Origin: an uncultured Candidatus Rokubacteria bacterium
GTDB taxonomy: Bacteria; Methylomirabilota; Methylomirabilia; Rokubacteriales; DASRDR01
Reading direction: 5' to 3'
Length of the DNA stretch: 64,000 nt
Assembly (NCBI GenBank): GCA_963805625.1
Contig: CAWDVE010000019.1
Location: 288,001-352,000, forward strand
Both the position numbers and the translations under genes were made by a program. The notes beneath the pieces were generated by a model. It was given only the letters and a program-made list of their open reading frames with translations. It was not told where the DNA came from and did not search any database. Shown piece by piece: positions 10,506-19,598 of the stretch; position 1 is the first letter of the stretch, and each line of letters opens with the position of its first letter.

Positions 10506-11603
10506 ATGAATCAACCCGTTGACGCGAAGCGCCTGAACCCCTTTGAGCACTACCTCTCCGCGTGGGTGGCGCTCTGTATCGTCGCCGGGGTCGCGCTCGG
10601 CATGATGGCTCCCGGGTTTGTGCACGCGCTGAGCCGGCTCGAGGTCCGGCACGTCAACCTGCCGATCGCCGTCCTCATCTGGCTCATGATCTACCCGATG
10701 ATGCTGCGGATCGACTTCGCGGCGGTCCGCGGCGTGGGCCGGCGTCCCAAGGGCATCCTCGTCGTCTTGTTCGTGAACTGGCTGGTCAAGCCATTCAGCA
10801 TGGCGGTGCTCGGCTGGCTCTTCTTCAAGCACCTCTTCGCGGGACTGATCGGGCCAGAGCTCGGTGACCAGTACCTGGCGGGGGCCATCATCCTCGCCGC
10901 GGCCCCGTGCACGGCCATGGTGTTCGTGTGGAGCTATCTGACCGATGGGGATCCCGCGTACACGCTCGTCCAGGTGGCGCTGAACGACCTCATCATGCTG
11001 GTCGCGTTCGCCCCGATCGTGATCCTGCTCCTCGGGGTATCGAACATCACCGTCCCCTACGACGTCCTGTTCTACTCGGTGGTGCTCTACATCGTGATCC
11101 CGCTGGCGGCGGGGGTCCTGTCCCGCACGGTTGTTCTGCGCGCCCGGGGCTCCGAATGGTTCGATCAGGTCTTCCTTGCGAGGCTGAAGCCCGTCGCGAT
11201 CCTGGCGCTGCTCGCGACCCTCGTCCTGATCTTCGCCTTCCAGGGGGAAGTGATCCTGGGGCGCCTTTCCCACATCGTGCTGATCGCCGTCCCGCTCCTG
11301 ATCCAGGTCTACTTCAACTCCGGATTGGCCTATGGGCTCGCGCGGTGGTTCCGGGTGCCCCACGCGGTGGCGGCGCCAGGGGCACTCATCGGCGCGAGCA
11401 ACTTCTTTGAGCTCGCGGTAGCGACGGCGATCTCATTGTTCGGGCTCACATCGGGGGCGACGCTGGCGACCGTGGTCGGGGTGCTCGTCGAGGTGCCGGT
11501 GATGCTGTCGGTGTGCTCATTCTGCAACCGGACGCGTCCCTGGTTCGCAGAGATCGACGCCGCGGAGGCGCGCGTTGGCCGGGTTGCGGAGGCGCGGCGA
11601 TGA
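10506..11603 (+). CDS. acr3: ACR3 family arsenite efflux pump
   Basis: LIWLMIYPMM, VNWLVKPF, APCTAMVFVW, GASNFFELAVA, GVLVEVPVML. Confidence 0.95.
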   Translation: MNQPVDAKRLNPFEHYLSAWVALCIVAGVALGMMAPGFVHALSRLEVRHVNLPIAVLIWLMIYPMMLRIDFAAVRGVGRRPKGILVVLFVNWLVKPFSMAVLGWLFFKHLFAGLIGPELGDQYLAGAIILAAAPCTAMVFVWSYLTDGDPAYTLVQVALNDLIMLVAFAPIVILLLGVSNITVPYDVLFYSVVLYIVIPLAAGVLSRTVVLRARGSEWFDQVFLARLKPVAILALLATLVLIFAFQGEVILGRLSHIVLIAVPLLIQVYFNSGLAYGLARWFRVPHAVAAPGALIGASNFFELAVATAISLFGLTSGATLATVVGVLVEVPVMLSVCSFCNRTRPWFAEIDAAEARVGRVAEARR

Positions 11604-12040
11604 CACGCCGTCGGATGCTCTTCCTCTGCACCCGCAACTCCTCCCGCGGCCAGATGACGGAAGCATTTCTCCGCACCCAGGCCGGCGACCGCTTCGAAGT
11701 GGCGAGCGCCGGGACCGAGGCCACGCGCGTCCATCCGCGGGCATCTGCGTGATGGACGAGGCGGGAATCGATCTGCGCGGGCACACCTCGAAGATCGTGG
11801 ACCGGTTCCTCCAGGAGCCCTGGGACCATGGCAGCAGCGTTTGCGACAGCGCCAACGAGCGGTGCCCCGTGTTCCCGGGCCGGACGATTCGGGTCCACTG
11901 CAGCTTTGAGGACCCGTCCCAATCCACGGAGCCCGAGGACCAGCGGTTCGATACCTTTCGGCGCGCGCGACCAGCGCGCGCTCAAGGATTGGCTGGCGGC
12001 GACGCGCGAGGTAGCGCCGGACGGTGTGACGTGCGCATGC
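11600..12040 (+). pseudogene. arsC: Frameshifted thioredoxin-type arsenate reductase
   Basis: LFLCTRNSSRGQMTEA in one frame (stop 11752), VMDEAGIDLRGHTSK...VCDSANERCPVFPG...FEDP in a second, tail in a third; end approximate. Confidence 0.8.
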
Positions 12041-12110
12041 AGATGGCCGCTCGCCTTGCCACCCTCGCCGACTCCGATGCGAGCGCGCGTGCCCTCGAGC
12101 CCCTCACGCG

Positions 12111-13367
12111 ATGACGCTGAACCACGGGGTGGCCGCGATGTGCGCCGCGCAGGCCTGCGCTCAGATCGGCGCCTTCAGCGTCGCGGCTCTCTTGCCGACG
12201 CTGATTGCCGCCTGGTCGCTGAGCAACACCGAGGCGGGGTGGATCGGTGGGATCTACTACGCCGCCTACACGCTCGTCGTGCCGCTCCTCTCGTCGCTGA
12301 CCGATCGTGTGGATCCCAAGCGCGTCTACCTCGGCTCGGTCGCCCTGACCGCCATTGCCTTCGCCGGGTTCGCCTGGGTCGCGACCGGCTTCTGGTCGGC
12401 GCTGGCGTTCCGGGCACTGATGGGCACGGGGTGGGCCGGCAGCTACATGCCGGGGCTCAAGGCCTTGAGCGACCTGGCGGAGGGTCCGCAGCAGTCCCGA
12501 GCCGTAGCCGCGCACGCGGCGGCGGTCGGCGTGAGCGGCGCCCTCTCGTTCGGCGTCGCGGGCGCCGTGAACGCCCGGCTCGGCTGGCACTGGGCGCTGG
12601 TGCCTGGTGCAGTCGGCGCCGCCCTGGCATTCGTGCTGGTGCTGGTGGGCCTGCCCTCCCGCCCTCCAAGAGGGGCCGCGGGCCCCGGCAGGGCACTCCT
12701 CGACTTCCGTCCGATCCTCCGCAACCGGTCGGCGCTCGCCTACTCGGTCGCATACTGCATCCACACGTGGGAAATGTCCGCACTGCGTGGCTGGGTTGTC
12801 GCGTTCCTGACGTTCGTGGCCGCCCGGGCGCCCGACGCATGGACGCCGCTGGCGCCCGCCACCGTCGCCAGCGTGATGGGCCTGCTCGGCGTGTGGGCCA
12901 GCGTGTGGGGCAACGAGCTGGCCATTCGATTCGGCCGCCGCCGCTTCATCCTCGGCACGATGCTCGCCTCCGGCGCGCTGGCAGCCGTGATCGGCTTCAG
13001 CGCGGCGCTGCCGTACGCGGCCGCGGCCGCGCTCGTGCTGCTGTACGCGATCCTGATCTGGTCGGACTCGTCGTCGCTGACCGCGGGGAGCGCCGGCAGC
13101 GCTGAACCCGGCCGGCGAGGTGCGACGCTCGCCGTCCACTCGACGCTCGGGTACGCCGGCGGTTTCCTCGGTCCGCTGGCACTCGGCGTGACGCTGGATC
13201 TTCTCGGCGGCGCGAGCGTGTTGGGGTGGGGGGTGGCATTCGGCCACGTCACGGTTGCCCTGCTCCTGGGCGCGCTCGCGTTCGTATGGCTGCGCCCGGC
13301 CGATCTTGCCGGCGATCGTTCGTCAACGCCTGTCACTGCCGCTGCCCCTCCCCTGAAGCTGACGTGA
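12111..13367 (+). CDS. MFS transporter
   Basis: 418 aa, about 12 hydrophobic segments, SLTDRVDPKR MFS motif A. Confidence 0.85.
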   Translation: MTLNHGVAAMCAAQACAQIGAFSVAALLPTLIAAWSLSNTEAGWIGGIYYAAYTLVVPLLSSLTDRVDPKRVYLGSVALTAIAFAGFAWVATGFWSALAFRALMGTGWAGSYMPGLKALSDLAEGPQQSRAVAAHAAAVGVSGALSFGVAGAVNARLGWHWALVPGAVGAALAFVLVLVGLPSRPPRGAAGPGRALLDFRPILRNRSALAYSVAYCIHTWEMSALRGWVVAFLTFVAARAPDAWTPLAPATVASVMGLLGVWASVWGNELAIRFGRRRFILGTMLASGALAAVIGFSAALPYAAAAALVLLYAILIWSDSSSLTAGSAGSAEPGRRGATLAVHSTLGYAGGFLGPLALGVTLDLLGGASVLGWGVAFGHVTVALLLGALAFVWLRPADLAGDRSSTPVTAAAPPLKLT

Positions 13368-13444
13368 CCGAGGGGTACAAGGACTCGCTCTTGCCCAAGG
13401 TGGACGTTTGTCCGCCGGGGGCCCCCGCCCGAATCCAAATCCAC

Positions 13445-13477
13445 TTGACACGCATCCAAGAAATCGTAATATCACGA
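13445..13477 (+). promoter_or_regulatory. sigma70 promoter with ArsR-type operator TCGT-N6-ACGA
   Basis: TTGACA 13445-13450, TAATAT 13467-13472; palindrome TCGTAATATCACGA 13464-13477 directly before arsR. Confidence 0.7.
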
Positions 13478-13480
13478 CCT

Positions 13481-13846
13481 ATGGAAGCCAGAAGTTCGGC
13501 CGTCAAGGCAGCGGTTCGAGTCCAACCGGGGTCAGCCGCACGCGCGGCAGAGCTGGCGGGCCGAGGCTTGGCGATCACCGCGGCCGACGAGGAGCTCGCC
13601 GGCCTCACCAGGGCCCTGGGCCATCCGATCCGGGTGGCCATCGTGCGCTACCTACTCGAACAGGGGGAATCGGTCTGCACCGACCTGTCGGAGGTGGTGC
13701 CGCTGGCCCACTCCACGACCATGCAGCACATCAAGGTGCTGAAGGAGGCTGGCCTCCTGTCGGCCGGTCGTTGTGGCCGGAACGTGCTCTACTGCGTGAA
13801 CCTTGAAGCCTTGCGGCAGTTCCGATCCCTCGTGGGCCGTCTCTAG
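13481..13846 (+). CDS. arsR: ArsR/SmtB family repressor
   Basis: ALGHPIRVAI, ESVCTDL, STTMQHIKVLKEAGL, YCVN. Confidence 0.85.
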   Translation: MEARSSAVKAAVRVQPGSAARAAELAGRGLAITAADEELAGLTRALGHPIRVAIVRYLLEQGESVCTDLSEVVPLAHSTTMQHIKVLKEAGLLSAGRCGRNVLYCVNLEALRQFRSLVGRL

Positions 13847-13851
13847 TTTTT

Positions 13852-13880
13852 TTGACTTGAGAAGTCGTGAAACAACGACT
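13852..13880 (+). promoter_or_regulatory. Second copy of the ArsR operator with a -35-like box
   Basis: TTGACT 13852-13857 then perfect palindrome AGTCGT-GAAACA-ACGACT 13863-13880. Confidence 0.7.
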
Positions 13881-13907
13881 GAACATCGACCAGGAGGAGA
13901 AGAAGCG

Positions 13908-15449
13908 ATGACCCCCCCACCGCGCCCCGTCGCCGTCATCGGCGCCGGCCCCGTCGGGCTGGCCGCCGCCGCCCATCTCGTCAGTCGGGGCGAGATCCCG
14001 ATTGTCCTCGAAGCCGGCAGCAAGGTGGGCACCGCTGTCCGCAAGTGGGGACACGTCCGCGTGTTCTCGCCCTGGCGCTACAACGTCGACCCGGTCGCCG
14101 CCGCGATGCTGGAGAAGACGGGGTGGACCATGCCGGACCCCGAGCACCTGCCCACGGGCCAGGAGCTCGTGGAGGAATATCTGGAACCGCTGGCCACCCT
14201 GCCCGAGATACGGCCGCATCTGCGCCTGCGGACGCGGGTTGTGAGCGTGAGCCGCCGGGGATATGACAAGCTCCGGACGCAAGGCCGAGAGACGGCACCA
14301 TTCGTCGTTCGCGTCCTCACACCCGCGGGAGAAGAGGACATCATCACCCGGGCGGTGATCGACGCCTCCGGCACGTACGGGTCGGCGAACCCCCTCGGGG
14401 CCGACGGCACCCCGGCGCGTGGCGAGGCTGGCATCCGGGATCGGGTGTTCTATGGAATCCCCGAGGTTCTCGGAGCCCAGCGTCCTCGCTACGCGGGCCG
14501 GCGCGTGGCAGTGATCGGGAGCGGCCATTCCGCCCTGAACACGCTGCTCGATCTGGCAGAGCTGGCGGCGGTCGAGCCCGAGACGCGGATCACGTGGATC
14601 GTGCGACGTTCGCCCCCGGCGCGGGTCTTCGGCGGGGGCGCCGCGGACGCCTTGCCTGCGCGCGGCGCGCTGGGACAGCAGGCGCGCGCGCTCCTGGAGC
14701 GCGGCGCGGTCACACTCGTCGTCGGCCGGCTCGCCAGCGTTTCCCAGACCGCCGGCGGCGTTGCGATCCTGGACGAGGCCGGCCGCACCCTCGCCGTGGC
14801 CGACGAGCTGGTGGCGGTCACCGGATTCCGGCCGGACCTTGGTCCGCTCCGCGAGCTGCGCCTCGATCTCGACCCGATCATGGAGGCCCCGCGGGCGCTC
14901 GCCCCGCTGATCGACCCGAACGTCCATAGCTGTGGCACGGTGCCGCCGCATGGCGTGGAGGAGCTGGCGCAGCCCGAGCCCGGCTTCTACGTCGTCGGCA
15001 TGAAGAGCTACGGTCGCGCGCCGACCTTCCTCATGCTGACCGGCTACGAGCAGGTTCGGTCGATTGCGTGTGCGCTGACGGGTGACGTCGAGGGGGCTCG
15101 GAGGGTGGAACTCACGCTCCCGGAGTCGGGGGTCTGCAGCACGCAGCCGATCGGCTCACCAGTTGCACACACGAACACGCTCGAAGGCGCGACCTCGTGC
15201 TGCGGCGGGCCAGCTCCGGCGCACGTGGATGCTTGTTGCGCCGACGATGCCGAGGCCAAAGCGGTCGGGGAGGCAGGATGCGGCTGCGGACCGAGGGGCG
15301 CGGAAGTTGTCGCGGCGCCGGCCGCAGCCGGCCATGCCGGGTCAGCGCGGAGAGCCGCATCGGCCGGTGGACGCGAGCGGCTTCCGCTTCGTCTGGTGCC
15401 CTCAAACACGCTTCGTGAAGGCGAGGGCGCGAGCCGGTGCTGTAGCTAG
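13908..15449 (+). CDS. ars-associated FAD/NAD(P)-dependent oxidoreductase (ArsO-like) with Cys-rich tail
   Basis: VIGAGPVG, GSGHSA, IDPNVHSCGTV, GMKSYGRAPTFLMLTGYEQVRS, LPESGVC, tail SCCGG..ACC..GCGC..RCCS; RBS AGGAGG. Confidence 0.85.
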   Translation: MTPPPRPVAVIGAGPVGLAAAAHLVSRGEIPIVLEAGSKVGTAVRKWGHVRVFSPWRYNVDPVAAAMLEKTGWTMPDPEHLPTGQELVEEYLEPLATLPEIRPHLRLRTRVVSVSRRGYDKLRTQGRETAPFVVRVLTPAGEEDIITRAVIDASGTYGSANPLGADGTPARGEAGIRDRVFYGIPEVLGAQRPRYAGRRVAVIGSGHSALNTLLDLAELAAVEPETRITWIVRRSPPARVFGGGAADALPARGALGQQARALLERGAVTLVVGRLASVSQTAGGVAILDEAGRTLAVADELVAVTGFRPDLGPLRELRLDLDPIMEAPRALAPLIDPNVHSCGTVPPHGVEELAQPEPGFYVVGMKSYGRAPTFLMLTGYEQVRSIACALTGDVEGARRVELTLPESGVCSTQPIGSPVAHTNTLEGATSCCGGPAPAHVDACCADDAEAKAVGEAGCGCGPRGAEVVAAPAAAGHAGSARRAASAGGRERLPLRLVPSNTLREGEGASRCCS

Positions 15450-15454
15450 GATTC

Positions 15455-16687
15455 ATGCGGGCCGCCGGCCGGACGTGGAGGCTCGGACCCGACCAGTATG
15501 GCTGGGTGATCGTCGCGGCCCTCTCCGTGACCGAGACCGTGACATGGGGGATCGTCTACTACGGTTTCCCCGTCTTTCTCCGCTCGATGGAGCAGGACCT
15601 GCGAGCCTCCAGGGTGGCGGTGACGGGCGCCTTCTCGGTCGGACTTGGAGTCTCCGCGCTGGCGGCGCTGCCGGTCGGGCGCTGGATCGACCGACATGGC
15701 GCCCGGGGGCTCATGACGGTGGGCTCATGTCTCGCCACGGTGCTCATGTTTGGCTGGGCGCGGGTCCAGAGCCTTCCCGCTCTCTATGCGGTCTGGTTCT
15801 TGATGGGACTTGCGATGGCGGCCACGCTGTACGAGCCGGCCTTCGCGGTCGTCGTGTCCTGGTTCGAGCAGGGGCGTGCCCGTGCTCTGCTGACCGTGAC
15901 GCTCGTGGCCGGTCTGGCGAGCACGATCTTCATGCCGATCGAGGCGTGGCTCCTCGGCTGGATCGGGTGGCGGTCCGCGCTCACGGTCCTCGGCATCGTG
16001 CTGGCCGTCATCACCATCCCGATTCACGCGGTCTTCCTCCGGCGTGGTCCGGTGGGGATGGTACGCGGGTCCGCGGGGGACACGACCTCGTCCCCGACGC
16101 GCGGCCAGACCCTCGGGGAAGCCGCCGGTACCCTGGTGTTCTGGGTGTTGACGGCAGCGTTCTTCGTCAGCAACTTCGCGACCGCGGCACTCAGCACCCA
16201 TCTCATCCCGTATCTCGTCGGCCTGGGGTATTCGGCGACGATCGCGGCCACCGTGATCGGGTGGATGGGTGCGATGCAGCTGCCCGGACGGGTGCTCTTC
16301 GTCCCGATCGCGGCGCGGCTCGGCGCGCGGTGGATGCTGGCCGCCGTGTTCCTCGCGCAGGGGCTGGGGACCGGCCAGCTCCCTCTCCTCGGGACGATCG
16401 GGACAGTCGTGCCGTTCGTCGTGCTGCAGGGCGCCGCGAACGGTATGGCGACGCTCGGACGCGCTACGTCGCTGGCAGAGATCTTCGGGCCTCGGCACTA
16501 CGGAGCCATCGCAGGTGCCGTCGCGCTCGGGGCCAATGGCGCACGGGCCATCGGCCCGGTCGGCGCCTCGCTCCTGTGGGTCGGACTCGGTTCTTACCCG
16601 TCGGTGTTCTGGGTGCTCGGAGCCTCGTTGACCCTGGCTGCGGTCGCGGTGCTGACGACCGGTGGGGCCATGAGGCGAAAGGAGTAG
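15455..16687 (+). CDS. MFS transporter (ArsK-like, putative organoarsenical efflux)
   Basis: VTWGIVYY, VGRWIDRHGAR, TLYEPAF, TLVAGLASTIF; follows the flavoprotein. Confidence 0.75.
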   Translation: MRAAGRTWRLGPDQYGWVIVAALSVTETVTWGIVYYGFPVFLRSMEQDLRASRVAVTGAFSVGLGVSALAALPVGRWIDRHGARGLMTVGSCLATVLMFGWARVQSLPALYAVWFLMGLAMAATLYEPAFAVVVSWFEQGRARALLTVTLVAGLASTIFMPIEAWLLGWIGWRSALTVLGIVLAVITIPIHAVFLRRGPVGMVRGSAGDTTSSPTRGQTLGEAAGTLVFWVLTAAFFVSNFATAALSTHLIPYLVGLGYSATIAATVIGWMGAMQLPGRVLFVPIAARLGARWMLAAVFLAQGLGTGQLPLLGTIGTVVPFVVLQGAANGMATLGRATSLAEIFGPRHYGAIAGAVALGANGARAIGPVGASLLWVGLGSYPSVFWVLGASLTLAAVAVLTTGGAMRRKE

Positions 16688-16850
16688 CCGAGCTGCGTCA
16701 GGAGCTCGAGCGCCATCGAGTGCACCTGACCCCGGGGATGGCTCCCGCGCTGAGCGCGACGAACTTGCCTGTCCCCCAACGGTTCATGGCGCATTCGGCC
16801 ATGATGCTGCGGGCGGAGTTGAACAGCACGCGGTAGGGTCCCCGGGTGAC
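16680..16850 (-). pseudogene. arsC: Decayed arsenate reductase fragment
   Basis: YRVLF-NSARSIMAE (catalytic LCTG deleted)...KFVALSAG, then GSHPRGQVHSMALELL in another frame; bounds approximate. Confidence 0.7.
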
Positions 16851-16948
16851 CCGACTCGGTAGGACTTTTCCGCTAGCTCCCGCGCGTGCCTTCTCCATGA
16901 CGAGACCTCCAGCTGCTTGGATCGGCTTCCACTTGCCGACCTCCGGTG

Positions 16949-17470
16949 TCAGCCGTGGGCCGCACTCCCCAGAAGCTTCTCGACGATGACGCAGTCGCGC
17001 CACTGGCCCTCGATCTGGCCGTGGCGCCGGTACACGCCGACGACCCGGAATCCAGCGCGGTCGTGAAGGGCGAGGCTTCCCGTGTTTTCGGGGAAGATCC
17101 GCGAGACGAGCTTCCAGAATCCCCGCGCCGCGTACTCGCGGGCGAGCGCGTCGAGCGCGGCCCGTCCGGCGCCGGCGCCGCGCGCGTGGCGGGCCACGTA
17201 TACGGAGTGCTCGGCCACGCCAGCATAGGCCGGCCGCGCCCGGTAGGGGCCGGCACTAGCCCAGGCGACGATGCGCCCGTCCCGTTCGACCACGACCGTC
17301 GGGTACCGGTCTCCCTTCTCGGTCAGCTGAGCTTCGACGTCCTGCGCCGATCGAGGCGTGGTCTCGAAGGTGGCGATCCGCTCCTCGATACCCTGGTTGT
17401 AGATGTCGGCGATGCTGGCGGCGTCGGCCGTAGTGGCGAGCCGAACGCGAAGCTCCGACCGGTTCGTCAT
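16949..17470 (-). CDS. arsN: ArsN1-like GNAT N-acetyltransferase (phosphinothricin/arsinothricin type)
   Basis: IYNQGIEERIATFET, EHSVYV, WKLVSRIFPEN, WRDCVIVEKLL; ars cluster context. Confidence 0.75.
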   Translation of the reverse strand: MTNRSELRVRLATTADAASIADIYNQGIEERIATFETTPRSAQDVEAQLTEKGDRYPTVVVERDGRIVAWASAGPYRARPAYAGVAEHSVYVARHARGAGAGRAALDALAREYAARGFWKLVSRIFPENTGSLALHDRAGFRVVGVYRRHGQIEGQWRDCVIVEKLLGSAAHG

Positions 17471-17577
17471 CGGTCGCCTGGAGCCGACACGTAGCCGGCC
17501 AGGAGAAGCGCGGTGCCGAGACCTTCCGCGACCAGCGATCGAGCGCGGGGGCTCGGCACCGTCGTCTCGGCCGCCCC

Positions 17578-18396
17578 TCAGGCTGCCGGCTTCCTGGCGC
17601 GGACGAAGGCGCTCAGGAACTTCCCGTCGATCTGGGGAGCGATGACGTCGGCGTCCAGCCCCGTGCCGGCCAGGAAGTCGCGGGCGTCCTCGGCCCGATA
17701 GACGCGCGTCGGCTCGAGATCGATCTCCTCGAAGCCCGCTTTGGCCAGCTTCTCGCGGTACTCGTTCTCCTCGAGTGCGCCGGCAACGCAGCCGATCCAG
17801 AGCTCCACGCTTCGCCGGATCGCCGCGGGCACTTCACCTCGGACCACGACGTCGGAGACGGCGAAGCGCCCACCCGGCTTGAGCACGCGAAAGGCCTCGG
17901 CGAGGACGCGATCCTTGTCGGCCGAGAGATTGATGACGCAGTTCGAGATGATGACGTCCACCGTGTCGTCGGGCAGGGGGATGGCCTCGATCGCGCCCTT
18001 GAGGAACTCGACGTTCGAGACCCCGGCCTTCCGCTGGTTCTCACGGGCGAGCGCCAGCATCTCGTCGGTCATGTCCAGGCCGTACGCCTTGCCTGTCGGC
18101 CCGACGCGCTGGGCAGAGAGCAGGACGTCGATGCCACCGCCGGAGCCGAGGTCGAGCACGACCTCCCCGGGGCGGAGCTGGGCCAGGGCGGTGGGGTTGC
18201 CGCAGCCGAGGGAGGCGCGCACCGCCTCCTCGGGTAAGGCCGTCGTTTCCGAGGCGGCGTAGAGGTTCCCGGTCACGGGATCACAGCCGCTGCGAGACGA
18301 GACCGCGCCGCAGCACCCACCCTCGCCGCTCGTCACTCTGAGGGCGGCCTTCGCGTACTTGTCCCGGACGATCTCGGTGATGTTCGGCTTGCTCAT
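17578..18396 (-). CDS. arsM: Arsenite methyltransferase
   Basis: [41 protein letters not shown]. Confidence 0.92.
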   Translation of the reverse strand: MSKPNITEIVRDKYAKAALRVTSGEGGCCGAVSSRSGCDPVTGNLYAASETTALPEEAVRASLGCGNPTALAQLRPGEVVLDLGSGGGIDVLLSAQRVGPTGKAYGLDMTDEMLALARENQRKAGVSNVEFLKGAIEAIPLPDDTVDVIISNCVINLSADKDRVLAEAFRVLKPGGRFAVSDVVVRGEVPAAIRRSVELWIGCVAGALEENEYREKLAKAGFEEIDLEPTRVYRAEDARDFLAGTGLDADVIAPQIDGKFLSAFVRARKPAA

Positions 18397-18438
18397 GGGA
18401 ATCTCCCTCTTTGTCGGATCCGGGGTCCTGGCCTCGGC

Positions 18439-18454
18439 ATCAAGAACGGTTGAT
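18439..18454. promoter_or_regulatory. ArsR-type operator ATCAA-N6-TTGAT upstream of arsM
   Basis: ATCAAGAACGGTTGAT palindrome, same motif as 18812-18827. Confidence 0.7.
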
Positions 18455-18472
18455 ATGTGGACGCAAAAAAAA

Positions 18473-18799
18473 TCACTCGCACCGGGAGGCGATCCGGAGG
18501 CCACGGCTTCTCGGTGCCCCGATGGCCCCCACGACGTCGCGGAGCTCGTCGACCGCCTCGGGTCTGAGCGTGTAGTAGATCCACCGTCCCTGGCGGCGAT
18601 CGGTCACGAGGCCGGCGTCCTTCAGGGTCTTGAGGTGGAAGGACAAGCGAGACTGGCCAGCCTCCAGCGCGTCGGTCAGATCGCAGACGCACTGCTCACC
18701 GTCGGCGAGCTGCTCGAGGATCCTGAGGCGTGTCTCGTCGGCCAGGGCGTGGAAGAGCCGTGCCGTGCGCTGTCCGTGGCGCGCTGTCGCCGTGCTCAT
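18473..18799 (-). CDS. arsR: ArsR/SmtB family repressor
   Basis: [19 protein letters not shown] metal site, [25 protein letters not shown]. Confidence 0.9.
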   Translation of the reverse strand: MSTATARHGQRTARLFHALADETRLRILEQLADGEQCVCDLTDALEAGQSRLSFHLKTLKDAGLVTDRRQGRWIYYTLRPEAVDELRDVVGAIGAPRSRGLRIASRCE

Positions 18800-18811
18800 G
18801 GCGGTTATCAT

Positions 18812-18834
18812 ATCAATCTTTCTTGATCTGTCAA
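18812..18834 (-). promoter_or_regulatory. sigma70 -35 box plus ArsR operator ATCAA-N6-TTGAT
   Basis: ATCAATCTTTCTTGAT 18812-18827; TTGACA on minus strand 18829-18834. Confidence 0.7.
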
Positions 18835-19598
18835 GCCCCTGGCCTCTGGCCCCCGGCCTCTGGCTCCGCCATGGGACACGTGAACGCGTCCTTGCCGGCT
18901 GGTCCCGGGTCGGCCAGGCCCTCGAGGCGTGTGGGCGTCGCCCCCAGGGCTGCGACGTCTTCGAGGACCCAGGCGGCAAGGAGCCTGGCGGCGGCGGCGT
19001 AGTACGGGATCGGGGTCGCCACGCGGAGGGCCCCGGTGAAGGCCTCGGCCCAGCGCCCGAGGTGGTCGGTGAGGAACGCCACCTGTGCGGCGCGCGTCAC
19101 AGAGGCGCCGTCCCCATCGCCCTGGGCCAGGACGTAGGCTTCCTTCAGCGTGAGCGCGCTCATGAACTCGAGCTCGGCGGCGATGTGATCCTCCATGTCG
19201 GGCCGTGCCTCGGCGGGCATGAGCCCGAAGGCAGCGTAGAACCCGGCCACGTCGGCGAGCTCAGCAGACTTCCCGGCCATCCGCGGGACGGGGGCGTAGG
19301 CGCTCTCGTAGGGCGGGCAGCGGACCTGCCGATCGAAGAGGAAGACGTGCTCGCCAACGAGCACGCCGGGATCCGTGTCCCGCACGGCGGCGGCGAGGCA
19401 AGTGAGGTGCTGGCGGAGGTCCGGCGTGACCTCCGGGGCCTCCGCGACTTGCTCGGCAAGCGGCGCCAGCTCCGCGAGCACGCTTGGCGTGGGGTATCCG
19501 AATGCCCGCCCGAGGAGCCGGTAGATCCCGCCGCGCGTCAGGGCGCGGACCACCTCCGTTTCCTGGGAAGTTGGATGTCCCGTCGCCGGGGCGATCAT
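18831..19598 (-). CDS. TorD/DmsD family molybdoenzyme chaperone
   Basis: CPPYESAY, LADVAGFYAAFG, EDHIAAELEFM, FLTDHLGRW; ATGA overlap with the upstream gene. Confidence 0.85.
   Translation of the reverse strand: MIAPATGHPTSQETEVVRALTRGGIYRLLGRAFGYPTPSVLAELAPLAEQVAEAPEVTPDLRQHLTCLAAAVRDTDPGVLVGEHVFLFDRQVRCPPYESAYAPVPRMAGKSAELADVAGFYAAFGLMPAEARPDMEDHIAAELEFMSALTLKEAYVLAQGDGDGASVTRAAQVAFLTDHLGRWAEAFTGALRVATPIPYYAAAARLLAAWVLEDVAALGATPTRLEGLADPGPAGKDAFTCPMAEPEAGGQRPGA

Noticed and set aside
18439-18827. ATCAA/TTGAT palindromes as FNR boxes
   Set aside because: FNR is TTGAT-N4-ATCAA. These are ATCAA-N6-TTGAT flanking arsR, which fits ArsR operators.
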